A stretch of 64,000 nt of DNA from Methanotrichaceae archaeon (GCA_963754945.1 CAVWIG010000028.1:32001-96000); one strand, 5' to 3'. Shown: positions 33,028 through 43,987, counted from the first letter of the stretch. Numbers and translations are program-made. The notes: generated by a model from the letters alone, not told the origin.

Positions 33028-34101
33028 CTATGCCTGGAACCGCTTGATGAAGGATCTGTCTATCCAGCTCTTCAGAGAGTATATCAGCCTAGTCGGCGCA
33101 CCGATGCACGTCTTTCCCACCACTCCCACGGCGCAATCACGCCCTAATGATATCAGAGCAACCTGACTGTCAGTGCTGGCGCGGACTGAATACCCCTCCA
33201 GGGGCTTGCCTTCGGCCTGCCTTGTCAGGTTCCGGGCAGTGTGCTTGGCCTGACGTTCAGCTTCAACTGCGGTCTTGGTGGCCAGCTTGCCAGACACATC
33301 CACCCATGCGCAGTCGCCAATGGCAAAGACTCCAACTCCATCCTTGGCTAGGAGGTAGGGATCCACTAGAATCCAGCCGTTCTTCTTGAGAACGCTGAGG
33401 TTCTGGACGAACTCTGGCGGCTTTATGCCAGCCGTCCAAATTGCCATGTCGCAGTCCAGGCAGATCCCATTCGTAAAGAGTATGCAGTCATCCTTTACCT
33501 CGCTGACCTTGTGGGAGGTTAGGATGTTGACTCCTTTTTTGGCCAGGGCCTTCTCAATCAGTTTGGAGGTCTGGGGAGAAAACTGAGGTAGGACTCTGTC
33601 CCTGGCCTCTACTATGTAGATGCTCGCGTCAAGGCTCTCTGACAGGACAGCCGCCGTCTCAACGCCTGTGAGGCCCGAGCCCATTATCATGACGCGGTCC
33701 GGGTTTTTCTCCTCGACGAACCTTCTTGCCCTGATTGTCTCTTCCAGAGTGTTGATGGAAAAGGTCTTCTCTGCACCTCGGACGCCGAAGTAGTTTTGGG
33801 CAGCACCCGTGGCGATCACAACCGAATCAAACTCGACCAGGCTCTTCTCGCAGACCACCACGTTGTCCTCTATTCTAAGCGCCCTCTCGTTCAGTAGATC
33901 GGCCCCCACGCGATTGCAAAAAGGCCTCAGAGGTGCGGTCAGCTCATCCAGCTTAGCAAGGCCGCCTAAATATTCGGGGTACAGCGCCTGGAGTTCTATC
34001 TGCGACTTCGGCTCGATCAGCGTGAACTCCAGGTGGGCAGGGGTTGCTACTCTTATAAGCTCGGCACCTGCTACTCCGCCTCCAATGACCGCGACTTTCA
34101 T
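33028..34101 (-). CDS. FAD/NAD(P)-dependent oxidoreductase, NDH-2-like
   Basis: GGGVAG, VIATGA, GSGLTGVE, WTAG, FAIGD. Confidence 0.85.
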   Translation of the reverse strand: MKVAVIGGGVAGAELIRVATPAHLEFTLIEPKSQIELQALYPEYLGGLAKLDELTAPLRPFCNRVGADLLNERALRIEDNVVVCEKSLVEFDSVVIATGAAQNYFGVRGAEKTFSINTLEETIRARRFVEEKNPDRVMIMGSGLTGVETAAVLSESLDASIYIVEARDRVLPQFSPQTSKLIEKALAKKGVNILTSHKVSEVKDDCILFTNGICLDCDMAIWTAGIKPPEFVQNLSVLKKNGWILVDPYLLAKDGVGVFAIGDCAWVDVSGKLATKTAVEAERQAKHTARNLTRQAEGKPLEGYSVRASTDSQVALISLGRDCAVGVVGKTCIGAPTRLIYSLKSWIDRSFIKRFQA

Positions 34102-34257
34102 ATTCAAACTTCTGACCTCTATTTGACCTAAATAATGCTTTTGTGCTTAATTATCTGATATCTTTGGCTCCGCTGTTATAAATAGATAAGACCGTAATAG
34201 CCCCACAATTCAAACAGATGGCCCGGTTACAGCTATAATTAATAAGTGTCCTAAAGG

Positions 34258-34695
34258 TTGGATGATAAGATGATAACAGTCTACTTCGATGGCCTCTGTT
34301 ACCCCAAAAACCCTTGCGGGGTTGCAGCTTATGGATATCTCATTTATCGGGATGGAGAGCTCATCCACAGAGGCTTCAGGGCAGTAGGGGAAGGCAAGGG
34401 AATGACCAACAACGTCGCTGAGTACGAGGGCCTGAAGGCGGCTGCCATGTGGCTCAATGACAACGGGATAGAAGAGAAGACCCTGATAAAAGGCGACTCC
34501 CAACTGGTCATGAAGCAGATGAAAGGGGAGTGGCAGGTGAACTCGGCCACGTCTAAGAAATACGTCCCTGAGATAAAACAGCTACTTCAAGGGAAGGATG
34601 TGACTTTCCAGTGGGTTCCACGAGAGAAGAACGAAGAGGCAGATAAGCTTTCCAGGGTGGCTTACGAAAGATTCAGGGGCAGCAAAAAGAACTAA
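34258..34695 (+). CDS. rnhA: Ribonuclease HI
   Basis: YFDG, TNNVAEY, GDSQLV, WVPREKNEEAD. Confidence 0.92.
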   Translation: MDDKMITVYFDGLCYPKNPCGVAAYGYLIYRDGELIHRGFRAVGEGKGMTNNVAEYEGLKAAAMWLNDNGIEEKTLIKGDSQLVMKQMKGEWQVNSATSKKYVPEIKQLLQGKDVTFQWVPREKNEEADKLSRVAYERFRGSKKN

Positions 34696-34715
34696 AACGA
34701 GCTTGAAGTCCAATC

Positions 34716-35675
34716 TCATTCTAACCCCAACTTCGCATATTCCTTCGCCCAGTACGTTATTATCATGTCCGCCCCGGCCCTTTTTATGGAAGTCAGCGCC
34801 TCCAAGAAGGCTGCCCTTCCGTTCAGCCAGCCCCGTTCCGCAGCTGCGGCGATCATTGAGTACTCTCCGCTGACCTGATAGGCGGCGGTGGGCACGCCGA
34901 ACACGTCCTTCACCGACCGCAAGATGTCGAGGTAGGGCATCGCAGGTTTGACCATAACCATGTCCGCACCTTCCTCCAGGTCAAGCTGAACCTCCCACAG
35001 GGCCTCGGCAGCATTGGCCGGGTTCATCTGGTATCCTTTCCTATCACCGAAAGTGAACCCCGACTCAGCGGCTTCTCGGAAAGGCCCGTAGAAGGTCGAG
35101 GCGTACTTGGCAGCGTAGGATAGGATGGGCGTTTCAGTATAGCCCTCGATATCAAGGGCCGTCCTGATGGCCCCCACCATGCCGTCCATCATCCCGCTGG
35201 GAGCGATGATGTCCGCTCCTGCCTCGGCGTGGCTTACTGCGATCTCGCCAAGGATTGGAAGGGTCTCATCGTTCAGGATTTTTTCGCATCTTATGAGGCC
35301 GCAGTGACCGTGGCTGGTGTACTCGCAGAGGCAGAGGTCTGTTATTACGACCAGGTTGGTCGTCTCCTTTATTTTCTCTACCGCTTTTTGGATGACACCC
35401 TGTGGATCGTAAGAACCTGAGCCAATCTCGTCTTTGTGAGCGGGCAGGCCAAACAGGAGCACCGCCGGCACTCCCAGATCCTCCAGCTCGGCTGCCTCTC
35501 CGGCAACGCTGTCCAGGCTCTGTCTGTTCTGACCTGGCATCGAGTCGATCGGTTTGGGCTGGCTAAGCCTCTCATCAACGAAAATGGGCTGGATCATGCT
35601 TTTCATGGATAGCCTGTTCTCGGTCACGAGCTCACGAACTCCGGGCTGGCGAAGCCTTCTCATCCTCTTGATCAT
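34716..35675 (-). CDS. hemB: Porphobilinogen synthase
   Basis: [33 protein letters not shown]; start at ATG 35675. Confidence 0.95.
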   Translation of the reverse strand: MIKRMRRLRQPGVRELVTENRLSMKSMIQPIFVDERLSQPKPIDSMPGQNRQSLDSVAGEAAELEDLGVPAVLLFGLPAHKDEIGSGSYDPQGVIQKAVEKIKETTNLVVITDLCLCEYTSHGHCGLIRCEKILNDETLPILGEIAVSHAEAGADIIAPSGMMDGMVGAIRTALDIEGYTETPILSYAAKYASTFYGPFREAAESGFTFGDRKGYQMNPANAAEALWEVQLDLEEGADMVMVKPAMPYLDILRSVKDVFGVPTAAYQVSGEYSMIAAAAERGWLNGRAAFLEALTSIKRAGADMIITYWAKEYAKLGLE

Positions 35676-36919
35676 GTCCCGTCCTCCAGCCTGAACAGCT
35701 CGGACATCGATTTCAAAAGAGTCACATCTCCTTTTTCCGCAGCTTCTTTTAGTACCTTGGTGGGCTCGGCGAAGATCTTGTTTACTATTGAGCGGCTCAT
35801 GTCCATCAACACCCTCTGCTCGATCTCTCCAAGGGTGTGGCGAGCGCTGAGCTTGTTCATTGCTCGCCTGCATTCCTGGTCTTTGATCTCCTCCGCCTGA
35901 GCGTACAGGATGCCCAACAGCTCCTCTGCCTCCTTCCTCTTGTACTTGGCCTTTAGTAGCTGTAGCTCCTCATCGATGATGGCCTCCACTCTGTCCATCT
36001 CCGCCATTCTCGCTTGCATATTATCACTGCTTATACGCCTCAAGCTGTCGATGTTGTGCAGCTCCACGTTTTCAACCTCAGCAGCCGCTTCGTCAATATC
36101 CCTTGGGTTAGCGATGTCTATCAGGAGCAGCTTCGATCGGCGACCGGCCATGGCTTTCTCAATATCCTCCTTTAGCAGGATGTAGTGAGGCGCGGCCGTG
36201 GCGCTGATCACCAGGTCGGCAGTCCTGATCTGTTCTCTCATCTGCTCGAAGGGTATGGCCGTTCCCCCCAAGCATTCTGCCAGGCACTGGGCCGAGCTTA
36301 AGGTTCTATTGGTCACGATGAGCGAGCTGATCTCCTTAGCCATAAGCGCTTTGGAGATCAGCTCACCCGTCTCACCTGCGCCTACGACCAATACGCACTT
36401 ACCTCGGAGATCTCCCAAGATCTCCTCAGCCAGATCTACGGCAGCCGAGCCAACTGATATCGAGCGTTCGTTGATCCTTGTCTCTTTTCGGACTCGCTTT
36501 CCCACCTGAATGGACTTCTTGAAGGCCGTCTCAAGCATCCATCCGGTCATTCCGGCCTTCTTCGCAATCTGGATAAGATCCTTCATCTGCCCTAGGATCT
36601 GGTCCTCACCTATGATCATCGACTCAAGGCCGGAGGCAAGCCTCAACAGATGAAGCAAGGACTCATGATGGTCGTGAAAATCTATTATGCGAGAGGACAC
36701 TCTGGCCTTCTTGGCCAGATCAAAGAGGACCTTTTCTCCTCTTGGCGAGACCACGTAAATCTCCACCCGGTTGCAGGTCTTGAGGACAGCGCACTCTTCG
36801 ACCAGCTCGTGGGAGCGGACCCAACGCAAGAGGGTCTCCACATCTCCGTGCCAGGCTCGCTCAATCTCGTCTATCGATGCTTTACGGTGGGTCACCAGCA
36901 TCGAGGCTATCTCGCTCAT
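35672..36919 (-). CDS. hemA: Glutamyl-tRNA reductase
   Basis: [35 protein letters not shown]. Confidence 0.95.
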   Translation of the reverse strand: MSEIASMLVTHRKASIDEIERAWHGDVETLLRWVRSHELVEECAVLKTCNRVEIYVVSPRGEKVLFDLAKKARVSSRIIDFHDHHESLLHLLRLASGLESMIIGEDQILGQMKDLIQIAKKAGMTGWMLETAFKKSIQVGKRVRKETRINERSISVGSAAVDLAEEILGDLRGKCVLVVGAGETGELISKALMAKEISSLIVTNRTLSSAQCLAECLGGTAIPFEQMREQIRTADLVISATAAPHYILLKEDIEKAMAGRRSKLLLIDIANPRDIDEAAAEVENVELHNIDSLRRISSDNMQARMAEMDRVEAIIDEELQLLKAKYKRKEAEELLGILYAQAEEIKDQECRRAMNKLSARHTLGEIEQRVLMDMSRSIVNKIFAEPTKVLKEAAEKGDVTLLKSMSELFRLEDGT

Positions 36920-37565
36920 GTTGTGGTACCTGTTCGCGGGCTCTCATATAGGCCTTTTCATAGGATTGGTCAAGGAGCCTCCAGACCTCCCTGTCGGAGA
37001 GTATTGACCAGATTATCCTGGACCTCTCTGTCTGGTCTGGGACCTCCTTTTTAATCTCCTTTCTGATCTGTCCCAGAAGCCGGGCCATATCTTCGAAATT
37101 CTCGCCAAGCTCTCTCTCCAGCCTGAGGCGAAGGTACTTAGAAAGAGCTGGAGTCTTGGTGGAGATGGCGATGTCTATGGGCCCTCTTCTTATCAGCGAG
37201 GGCACTACCACGTCACCGATTCCATCCACTTTGTTGACAAATATGCCCCTAATGGAAGCTGCTATTTCTATAGACCGATTAAGCTCTGCGTCGCTAGTGG
37301 CTGGGATGACCATGAAAACGCCTTCAAGGTATTCGTGGTAGCCATTAGATAAATCCGCTGAGATCAGCTTTACTGACCCATCCTTCTCCATCTGGAGAAG
37401 CCCTTCTGTGAAGCTCTTACTGACGACAGTGACCCTTGAGAATTCCGAGAATAGCCTGGCTTTGCGTTCGCCAACGCCTCCTCCACCGAAGATCACCACC
37501 GATCTAGATCCCAGGTCAAGAAATAAAGGCAGAAGCCGTTTATGGGATTTCGCCCCATTAACCAT
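36882..37565 (-). CDS. sirC: Precorrin-2 dehydrogenase
   Basis: LPLFLDL, FGGGGVGERK, AIST..PALS; heme gene cluster. Confidence 0.85.
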   Translation of the reverse strand: MVNGAKSHKRLLPLFLDLGSRSVVIFGGGGVGERKARLFSEFSRVTVVSKSFTEGLLQMEKDGSVKLISADLSNGYHEYLEGVFMVIPATSDAELNRSIEIAASIRGIFVNKVDGIGDVVVPSLIRRGPIDIAISTKTPALSKYLRLRLERELGENFEDMARLLGQIRKEIKKEVPDQTERSRIIWSILSDREVWRLLDQSYEKAYMRAREQVPQHERDSLDAGDPP

Positions 37566-37669
37566 CTTTGTTACTCCTCCCTAGCCTTACTCTGCCCCAA
37601 CAATAATCATGGCAATATTTTTTTCAAATCCCTGCGGCACCGTCGAGTTTATTCTTTCCGTCCGGCCTT

Positions 37670-38128
37670 TCAGATTCGTGCACTGGTCTTCTTGTATTCG
37701 GCTTCGGAAAATAGGACTTTGTACTCCTCAACTCCTGTGGCCCTTGCGATCTCTGATGCTACCCTCACGCACTCTTCCCGGCTGCGGGAATGGACCATTG
37801 CATAAAGGTTGTAGGGCCATTCGGGCTGTACCGCTCTCTCATAACAGTGGGTGACTTCCTCGAAGGAGGCCACAATCCGACCGATCCTTTCCACATCCCG
37901 AGCTGGAACCTTCCATACGATCATGGCGTTGGCCACTATCCCTAAAGCCCGGTGGCCGATGGCTGCGGCAAACCTCCTGATAACTCCCTCTTCCACAAGA
38001 GCCCGAAGCCTTCGTATCACTTCATCCTCAGATATTCCCACCCGCTCTCCGAGGACTTGGTAAGGCCTTTTCGTCAGCTCCAATCCGTCCTGGACATTTT
38101 TTAGGAGCCTTATATCCAACTCGTCCAT
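37670..38128 (-). CDS. ahbB: Siroheme decarboxylase subunit (AhbB-like, Lrp/AsnC fold)
   Basis: QDGL.L..RPY, N.M.VW, VTHCYER, WPYNLYAMVH, EYKKT. Confidence 0.82.
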   Translation of the reverse strand: MDELDIRLLKNVQDGLELTKRPYQVLGERVGISEDEVIRRLRALVEEGVIRRFAAAIGHRALGIVANAMIVWKVPARDVERIGRIVASFEEVTHCYERAVQPEWPYNLYAMVHSRSREECVRVASEIARATGVEEYKVLFSEAEYKKTSARI

Positions 38129-38130
38129 GA

Positions 38131-40272
38131 TCACATCCACCCACCAGGGTCTCTAAAGGGATATCTGTCCACTCCGTTGCTCGGGATTATCCTAGGAACA
38201 TCTCCGGGATTTCCTGTTGCTTTGAAGTCGCTCCAGTAATTCCCGCCGATTTTTGGTCCTGAGTCCCAGCTATTACCGCCATTGTCCGCGGCATTCTGAT
38301 AGACGTTGTAGATGAAGATGTTGTGGTAGATGTTGTTCCCATTGCAGTCCACCAGGTTGACGCCTGATATCAGGTTTCTCGTGAAACTGTTGTCGGTTAT
38401 GTTACATCCAGACGTAATGCTCATTCTCAGGCCGTGGCGGACGTTGGCGCTCAGATTGTTATCGCTGATCTGAACATTCTTCGACGACTGGACGTAAATA
38501 CCCTGGCCGTTAGCCAAAGCTATGTTTCTCGTGACCCTAACATCCGAAAGCTGCATCAGGGCCAGCCCGTCCTGGGAATTGGCGCTTGCGTTACAACCAT
38601 CGATCTTGCAGCCGTTGGAGCCCACAATGCTTATGCCCTCCTTGTTCAGTTCGGATTTCACTCTTTGGAGAGTGCAATCTGGTGAGCCGGTTATCTCTAA
38701 CCCTGCGTCTTTGTTCCCGGTGACTATGCAATCCAGCACCCGGCAGAGCGGAGAGTTCTTGATCCATAATCCCACTCCACCGCCGGATGCGCGTACGCCT
38801 CTTATGAACATGCCAGAAGAATCTTCTACCTGGAGGCTGGTCTCCGAACTGTTGGTTGCCACATAGTCCTTCAAGAGATCGTCGGATGACTTAGTGGCCA
38901 GGAAGCCCGTCTTGCAGCTCAGAGTCCTGCACTTCTCTACCGTGCAGTTCTTGCTGTTTATCATCCAAACACCATCTTCGCTGCGTTGAATGGTACAATT
39001 CCCTATATTGCAGTCGGTCGAGCCAACCAACAAGACTCCCGTGCTGCTGTTGGATATGGTCTGATTGGATACACTGACGTTACGACATTCGATCAATCCT
39101 ACAAAAGCGCAACCTTCATGGACAATTTTTTCGCTTTCCTCGACCAAGTAACAAATCGGCTTTCCGTCGGCTGAGTTGGAGAGGTCTACGTCCTGGAAGA
39201 AGTCTTCCTCTGCTGGTACCAGCCTGTTTTCAGAGTCTATGCGCAGGTTGTAGAGATTGGCCTTCATGGAGTTGTTCTTTAGGACGTTGTGTCCCGATCC
39301 CCGCAGGGAGATGCCGTAGGTATTATCAGAGGCCGTATTGGAAACGATTGTGTTTTTCTCAGAGGCTGTCAAAAGGATGCCGTTGCCATCTTCGGATAGG
39401 GAGTTACCCACGAGCTGGTTGTCTATGGAGCCGTTCATGTACACTCCCGCCCGCTCGTTCCTTCTGCAGGTGTTATTTGTCAGGCGGTTTTTGTCCGACT
39501 GCCTTAGGCTGATGCCCAGCATGCACCCATTCAGGAGATTATCGGTGAGGGTGTTGCCCGACGACTCCAAGAGGTCCAGGCCGCTGATGTACGACCCAGA
39601 GAACTGGTTCTCTGCCAGACTATTGTGGCCAGATTTGAACAGAGTGATCCCAAAGCTTGTTCCTGAGAAACTGTTCATCTCGATGCTGTTGTTGTTCGAG
39701 GATGTAATCTCGATGCCCTGCGAGGTCAAGAACCTGCAACTCTTGATTACGTTCTCGAATGAGTTCCCCATCTGGATGCCCTTGTCTCCGTTGAAGGTGT
39801 CGTTCTGGACGGTGCACTTGGCGCCAACCAACATCATACCTAAACTGGATTCAATCCTGCTGTCGCGGACTGTGTTGTTAGTTCCCTGAATCTCTATTCC
39901 ATTTGGTCCGCCGTTTATAATACAATTGGTCAAGATGTTGTCGGATGATTTAATTATCAACCCAGTACTTGATCCACTTCCTTCGATGTAGAGATTGGAT
40001 ATTCTGCAACCCGGTGCTCCGACGATGAGGGCGGTGTTACCATTGCCATTTATTACCACCCTCCCGGATCCGGATATGGAGAGGGTACGATCTACAGTCG
40101 CTCCGGAGTAGCTTCCCGGAATTACGACAATCTCATCGCCTGCGTTCGCCATCGCAACGGAATCGGCTAAAGTCTTGGAGCCTACGCGGCCGGTCGGATC
40201 AACAAATAGAGTTCTGCCATCTGTTGACGCCGTCATCAGAACCACAGCCGCCAAGAGCAACAACCATTTCAT
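38131..40272 (-). CDS. Secreted parallel beta-helix (NosD/CASH) protein
   Basis: Signal peptide MKWLLLLAAVV; many N/S-rich GI.L..S..N repeats; C-terminal GGNYWSD...D.YP. Confidence 0.85.
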   Translation of the reverse strand: MKWLLLLAAVVLMTASTDGRTLFVDPTGRVGSKTLADSVAMANAGDEIVVIPGSYSGATVDRTLSISGSGRVVINGNGNTALIVGAPGCRISNLYIEGSGSSTGLIIKSSDNILTNCIINGGPNGIEIQGTNNTVRDSRIESSLGMMLVGAKCTVQNDTFNGDKGIQMGNSFENVIKSCRFLTSQGIEITSSNNNSIEMNSFSGTSFGITLFKSGHNSLAENQFSGSYISGLDLLESSGNTLTDNLLNGCMLGISLRQSDKNRLTNNTCRRNERAGVYMNGSIDNQLVGNSLSEDGNGILLTASEKNTIVSNTASDNTYGISLRGSGHNVLKNNSMKANLYNLRIDSENRLVPAEEDFFQDVDLSNSADGKPICYLVEESEKIVHEGCAFVGLIECRNVSVSNQTISNSSTGVLLVGSTDCNIGNCTIQRSEDGVWMINSKNCTVEKCRTLSCKTGFLATKSSDDLLKDYVATNSSETSLQVEDSSGMFIRGVRASGGGVGLWIKNSPLCRVLDCIVTGNKDAGLEITGSPDCTLQRVKSELNKEGISIVGSNGCKIDGCNASANSQDGLALMQLSDVRVTRNIALANGQGIYVQSSKNVQISDNNLSANVRHGLRMSITSGCNITDNSFTRNLISGVNLVDCNGNNIYHNIFIYNVYQNAADNGGNSWDSGPKIGGNYWSDFKATGNPGDVPRIIPSNGVDRYPFRDPGGWM

Positions 40273-40559
40273 CGAATTCCCCGAGAGACGAATGGAACTA
40301 TGGCCTATTATCTATGACGGTAGGAGCAAGCCGCCGGACTTTTACTATCTATTTATATGGCTGTCAATGTACAGACCCGCACTGACTTATAAATTGTACA
40401 CTCTTGAGGTAGTTCTGCCTCACCCTCGCGTAATTGATCATGTTAGCTTAACTGATGAACATTTTTTTTGTAGTTACACATCATATTAATTCGAATAGTC
40501 ACTCAGAAAGATAGAAATACTCAGATAGAGTATCCATCTATTGGGTAGGACGGTCAGGG

Positions 40560-41840
40560 ATGGTAGAGCCTTATCGAATTCTGATTGTAGAGGATGATCC
40601 GGAACACGCTGATTTGATCCGGATGGGCTTCAGAAAGCACGACGAGTTCTTCCTGGACTTTGCCTCAACAGGCGAGCAAGGTCTAGAGATGATAAAATCC
40701 CGCTCGTACGACTTGATCTCAGTGGACCTTATCCTTCCAGGAATAGGCGGCCTTGATGTGCTTGTGAGGATACGCAAGTTCGATCAGGACATTCCCGTGG
40801 TAATGGTCTCCGGGCACGGCACCACCGAGCTGGCGGTTGTGGCCTTCGAGAACAGGGCTACCAAGTACGTTGTTAAAAGCATGGAGAGCTTCAAGAGCCT
40901 GCCCTACATCTTCGAAAACCTCATCCAAGAGGCACGGTTCAAAACCAACGAGCGTGCCATGAGAATGGAGATTGAGCGGTCAGAGAGAATCCACAGGAGC
41001 GTTGTCGAGAACTCTCTGGGAGGCATTTATATCCTACAGGACGGCGTCTTCAAGCTGGTCAACCCCAAGCTGGGTGAGATCTTCGGCTGCGCGGCGGAGG
41101 CTCTGGTGGGAATGCCCTTCTGGCATCTCGTTCGGCCTGATGACATGCAATGCGTAAGCAGGTTGGACCGAGGGATAGACGGACCTGCACCGGCCTACGA
41201 GTCCAGGATCCTGCGCAAGGACGGTGGCCTGCGCTGGATTGAGTTCAGGACTGTTCCCATCGAGTACGATGGACAAAGAGCTGTCCTGGGGAACATAATG
41301 GACATAACCGAAAGAAAGGAACTGGAGACTGAGCTTGTCAGGTCCAATCGGGAGCTCGAGGCTGTCAACAGCATTATGTCAAGGGCGCTCCATCCCGACA
41401 CCGATGTCGAGAAGGACATCACTGGTGCCCTGGCTGATCTGGAATCAGGCATCGAGGGCGGAGAAGTAGGGGGCATATTCCTCATGGAGAGCGGTAACTT
41501 AGTCCTGCGGTCTCTATTCGGCCCGGTGGAGAAGCTGATAAGCTTCATTGAAGGAAGGGATTCCAAAATCCTATTGGCTGGTCCTAATGTATACAAGATG
41601 GAAGAATTTTCTGATTATATCTGGACATCCGTACCTTTGATCCTCGGCAGGTTCAAGGGGACGATAGTGGTTGCCTCCACCTCAATCGACGGTGATCGCT
41701 GCCTATCTTTTCTGCAGAAAGCCGCCCCTCATATCTGTCGCATATTAAATGCCAGCGTCGTGAAAGGGTCTCTAAGGCAGGAACCGTCTGAGGAGCTACT
41801 GCTTACCAAGGAGAAAGGAGCTGGCCTTCAGAGTGGCTAA
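40560..41840 (+). CDS. Response regulator: REC + PAS + C-terminal GAF-like region
   Basis: ILIVEDD, SVDLILPGIGG, YVVK; PAS with RKDG..RWI and DITERK. Confidence 0.85.
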   Translation: MVEPYRILIVEDDPEHADLIRMGFRKHDEFFLDFASTGEQGLEMIKSRSYDLISVDLILPGIGGLDVLVRIRKFDQDIPVVMVSGHGTTELAVVAFENRATKYVVKSMESFKSLPYIFENLIQEARFKTNERAMRMEIERSERIHRSVVENSLGGIYILQDGVFKLVNPKLGEIFGCAAEALVGMPFWHLVRPDDMQCVSRLDRGIDGPAPAYESRILRKDGGLRWIEFRTVPIEYDGQRAVLGNIMDITERKELETELVRSNRELEAVNSIMSRALHPDTDVEKDITGALADLESGIEGGEVGGIFLMESGNLVLRSLFGPVEKLISFIEGRDSKILLAGPNVYKMEEFSDYIWTSVPLILGRFKGTIVVASTSIDGDRCLSFLQKAAPHICRILNASVVKGSLRQEPSEELLLTKEKGAGLQSG

Positions 41841-42445
41841 AGCCTTTGCCAGATATGGTGAAATCTCTGCAGGGCTGTAATGTGACTGGAGATCATTGTT
41901 GCTACCAGGACCCAGCCGAGAATGGGCAGTCCAGCTATGGGGTATGGGTAAGCGGCATTTCCAATAGTTGCTAGAAAGATCATGACGAGTCGGTCTGCCC
42001 GGCCCATTATGCCGCCGTAGTACCTGCCAAGCTGCAACGCCTGGGCCTGAGTTCCTATGTAGCTGGTCAGGAAAACGCCGATCACAGCCAGCAGGCCTAC
42101 CGGCCATGGTGCATAACCGGCAAATATTATTCCGCCTAGGAAAAACATATCTGCATATCGATCTATGGCGTGATCCAGAAAATCGCCCTTAAGGTCGGCT
42201 TTGCCCGTCCTCCTGGCCAGGGAGCCGTCTGCGGCATCAAAGATCGCATTCAACAACACCATAAGGGCCGCGGCGTAGAGCATACTTTTATCGGAAGCCG
42301 ACAAATAGTAAAAGGCTGATGCTGCAGCGGCAAATACCAACGACAGCACCGATAGCTGGTTGGGCGAGATGCCGGTTTTTTCCGCCAAGGCAGACAACGG
42401 CTCAGTGACTACTCCAGCCACTCCTCGAAAATCATCCAGGGTCAA
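41837..42445 (-). CDS. pgsA: CDP-alcohol phosphatidyltransferase (archaetidylinositol phosphate synthase-like)
   Basis: D..DG..AR.......G..LD...DR motif; start estimated (TTG). Confidence 0.85.
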   Translation of the reverse strand: MTLDDFRGVAGVVTEPLSALAEKTGISPNQLSVLSLVFAAAASAFYYLSASDKSMLYAAALMVLLNAIFDAADGSLARRTGKADLKGDFLDHAIDRYADMFFLGGIIFAGYAPWPVGLLAVIGVFLTSYIGTQAQALQLGRYYGGIMGRADRLVMIFLATIGNAAYPYPIAGLPILGWVLVATMISSHITALQRFHHIWQRL

Positions 42446-42941
42446 AGAAGTCCTCCAGCCAGTCGACCTGTCCCGGCCCAAGCTCTATCTCTCCCCTTAT
42501 GACCCTCTGCACAAGGTCGGCCACTTCCTGCACAGATCTGCCAGTTGTGTCTATCTCGCTGACCCGACTGCAGAACTCGACCGCCTCTACAAGGATCACG
42601 TCCAGCGCCTCTGATTCGAGGTTCTCCTGGATTTTCTTTGCCGAATACCCTCTCGCTTCCATCCTTTTTTTCAGCTCGGAAGGCGCCAGCCTCAGAACCA
42701 CTGCTTCGTCTGCAAAGTAGTGAGAGAAATGGCCTTCCAGGATGGTCAACTCATCTGTATCCATCTCAACCAGCTTCTGCTCCAGACCGTCCATGTCCGC
42801 CTCCAGGCATCCCCTCTCTGGGTCTGTGCCCAGGTTCAGGCCGCCTTTTACAAGGGCGTTGAGATCTATCACCGTATAGGGCAGAAGACCGGCAACTGTA
42901 GTCTTGCCAGTTCCTGGAGTGCCAGTCAGAGCTATGCGCAT
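42432..42941 (-). CDS. Adenylate kinase, AK6/Fap7 type
   Basis: TGTPGTGKTT, EGHFSH, RGYS..KI.EN..SE. Confidence 0.88.
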   Translation of the reverse strand: MRIALTGTPGTGKTTVAGLLPYTVIDLNALVKGGLNLGTDPERGCLEADMDGLEQKLVEMDTDELTILEGHFSHYFADEAVVLRLAPSELKKRMEARGYSAKKIQENLESEALDVILVEAVEFCSRVSEIDTTGRSVQEVADLVQRVIRGEIELGPGQVDWLEDFFDPG

Positions 42942-43987
42942 ATAACCCTATAAGCCGCCAGAAAGAGGTTGTTCTCCGCTGGCGTACCGACGGACACGCG
43001 GATGTGATGATCTCCTGCTCCCCGGAATGACCGACAGTCTCTGATGATGATCCCCCTCTGTTGGAACTTCTCTGTAACAACGCCGGAAGGCTCTGCAGTT
43101 TCGAGGTAGAGGAAGTTGGCCTGAGAGGAATGCGCTCCTGTCTCCTTTCGCAGCCTCTCACGCTCCCTCCGAATCTCGTCCACGGAGCTGTGCGTGTAAC
43201 CTAAGTCGGAAAGGGCGGCCACACCAGCGGCTACCGAGGCGCAGGTAACTCCAAAGAAGGGCGGTGCTGCTCTTCTGTACTGGATGGCAATCCATTCAGG
43301 AACTACGGCATAACCCAGCCTCATGCCCGCTAACCCAAAGGCCTTGGACATTGTCCTACCCACAACGAGGTTGTCGTATTTCTTCACAAGGCTCAACAGG
43401 CTGCTGTCGGCGAACTCCACGTAGGCTTCGTCCAGGAAGACTACGGCCTCTGTGCTCTCCAGAATTTTTTTTACGTCCTCCTCCGGCGTGAGGTTGCCTG
43501 TGGGATTATTGGGAGAGCAGATGAAGACCATTTTCACATCCTTGGGGATATCCGTGGAGATCTCGAACTGTGGGCCTCGGGGGACAAATAGCGGAGTTGC
43601 ACCGCATAGCGTTGTCAGGATCTCGTAGTAGCTGAAGGTTGGGGTGTAGATGAGTGTTCTGTCACCCTTCTCCAGGAAGAGCCTTGTCAGGGTGTCCATC
43701 ACTCCGTCCATGCCCGAGCCTATTACTATCATCTCTTCAGGGTGACGTGTGTAGCCTACAAGGCCTTCCATCAACTCTTCTGGTTCAGGGTATCGCTCTG
43801 GCGAGATACCTTGCAGCAAAGAGAGCACCTTAGGGCTGGGACCGTAGGGGTTCTCGTTCGATCCAAGCTTGACTATCTTTTCCGGAGGGATGCCGTACTT
43901 TCTGGAGATCTCTGTGTAGCCCTTGCCCGCCACGTAGGGTTTGAGACTGTTAAGACATGGCCTAAGACTCTTCGAGAACCTCTCCAA
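42932..43987 (-). CDS. hisC: Histidinol-phosphate aminotransferase
   Basis: KLGSNENP, SPNNPTG, DEAY.EF, RTMSKAFGLAGMRLGY. Confidence 0.88.
   Translation of the reverse strand: MERFSKSLRPCLNSLKPYVAGKGYTEISRKYGIPPEKIVKLGSNENPYGPSPKVLSLLQGISPERYPEPEELMEGLVGYTRHPEEMIVIGSGMDGVMDTLTRLFLEKGDRTLIYTPTFSYYEILTTLCGATPLFVPRGPQFEISTDIPKDVKMVFICSPNNPTGNLTPEEDVKKILESTEAVVFLDEAYVEFADSSLLSLVKKYDNLVVGRTMSKAFGLAGMRLGYAVVPEWIAIQYRRAAPPFFGVTCASVAAGVAALSDLGYTHSSVDEIRRERERLRKETGAHSSQANFLYLETAEPSGVVTEKFQQRGIIIRDCRSFRGAGDHHIRVSVGTPAENNLFLAAYRVICA

Noticed and set aside
32935-33147. Hydrophobic 70-aa ORF after rps7
   Set aside because: Product of a T-rich intergenic tract, and it overlaps the convergent oxidoreductase gene
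38131-40272. Repetitive-looking DNA as a tandem repeat or CRISPR array
   Set aside because: Explained by beta-helix protein repeats; no spaced identical repeats were seen anywhere in the window
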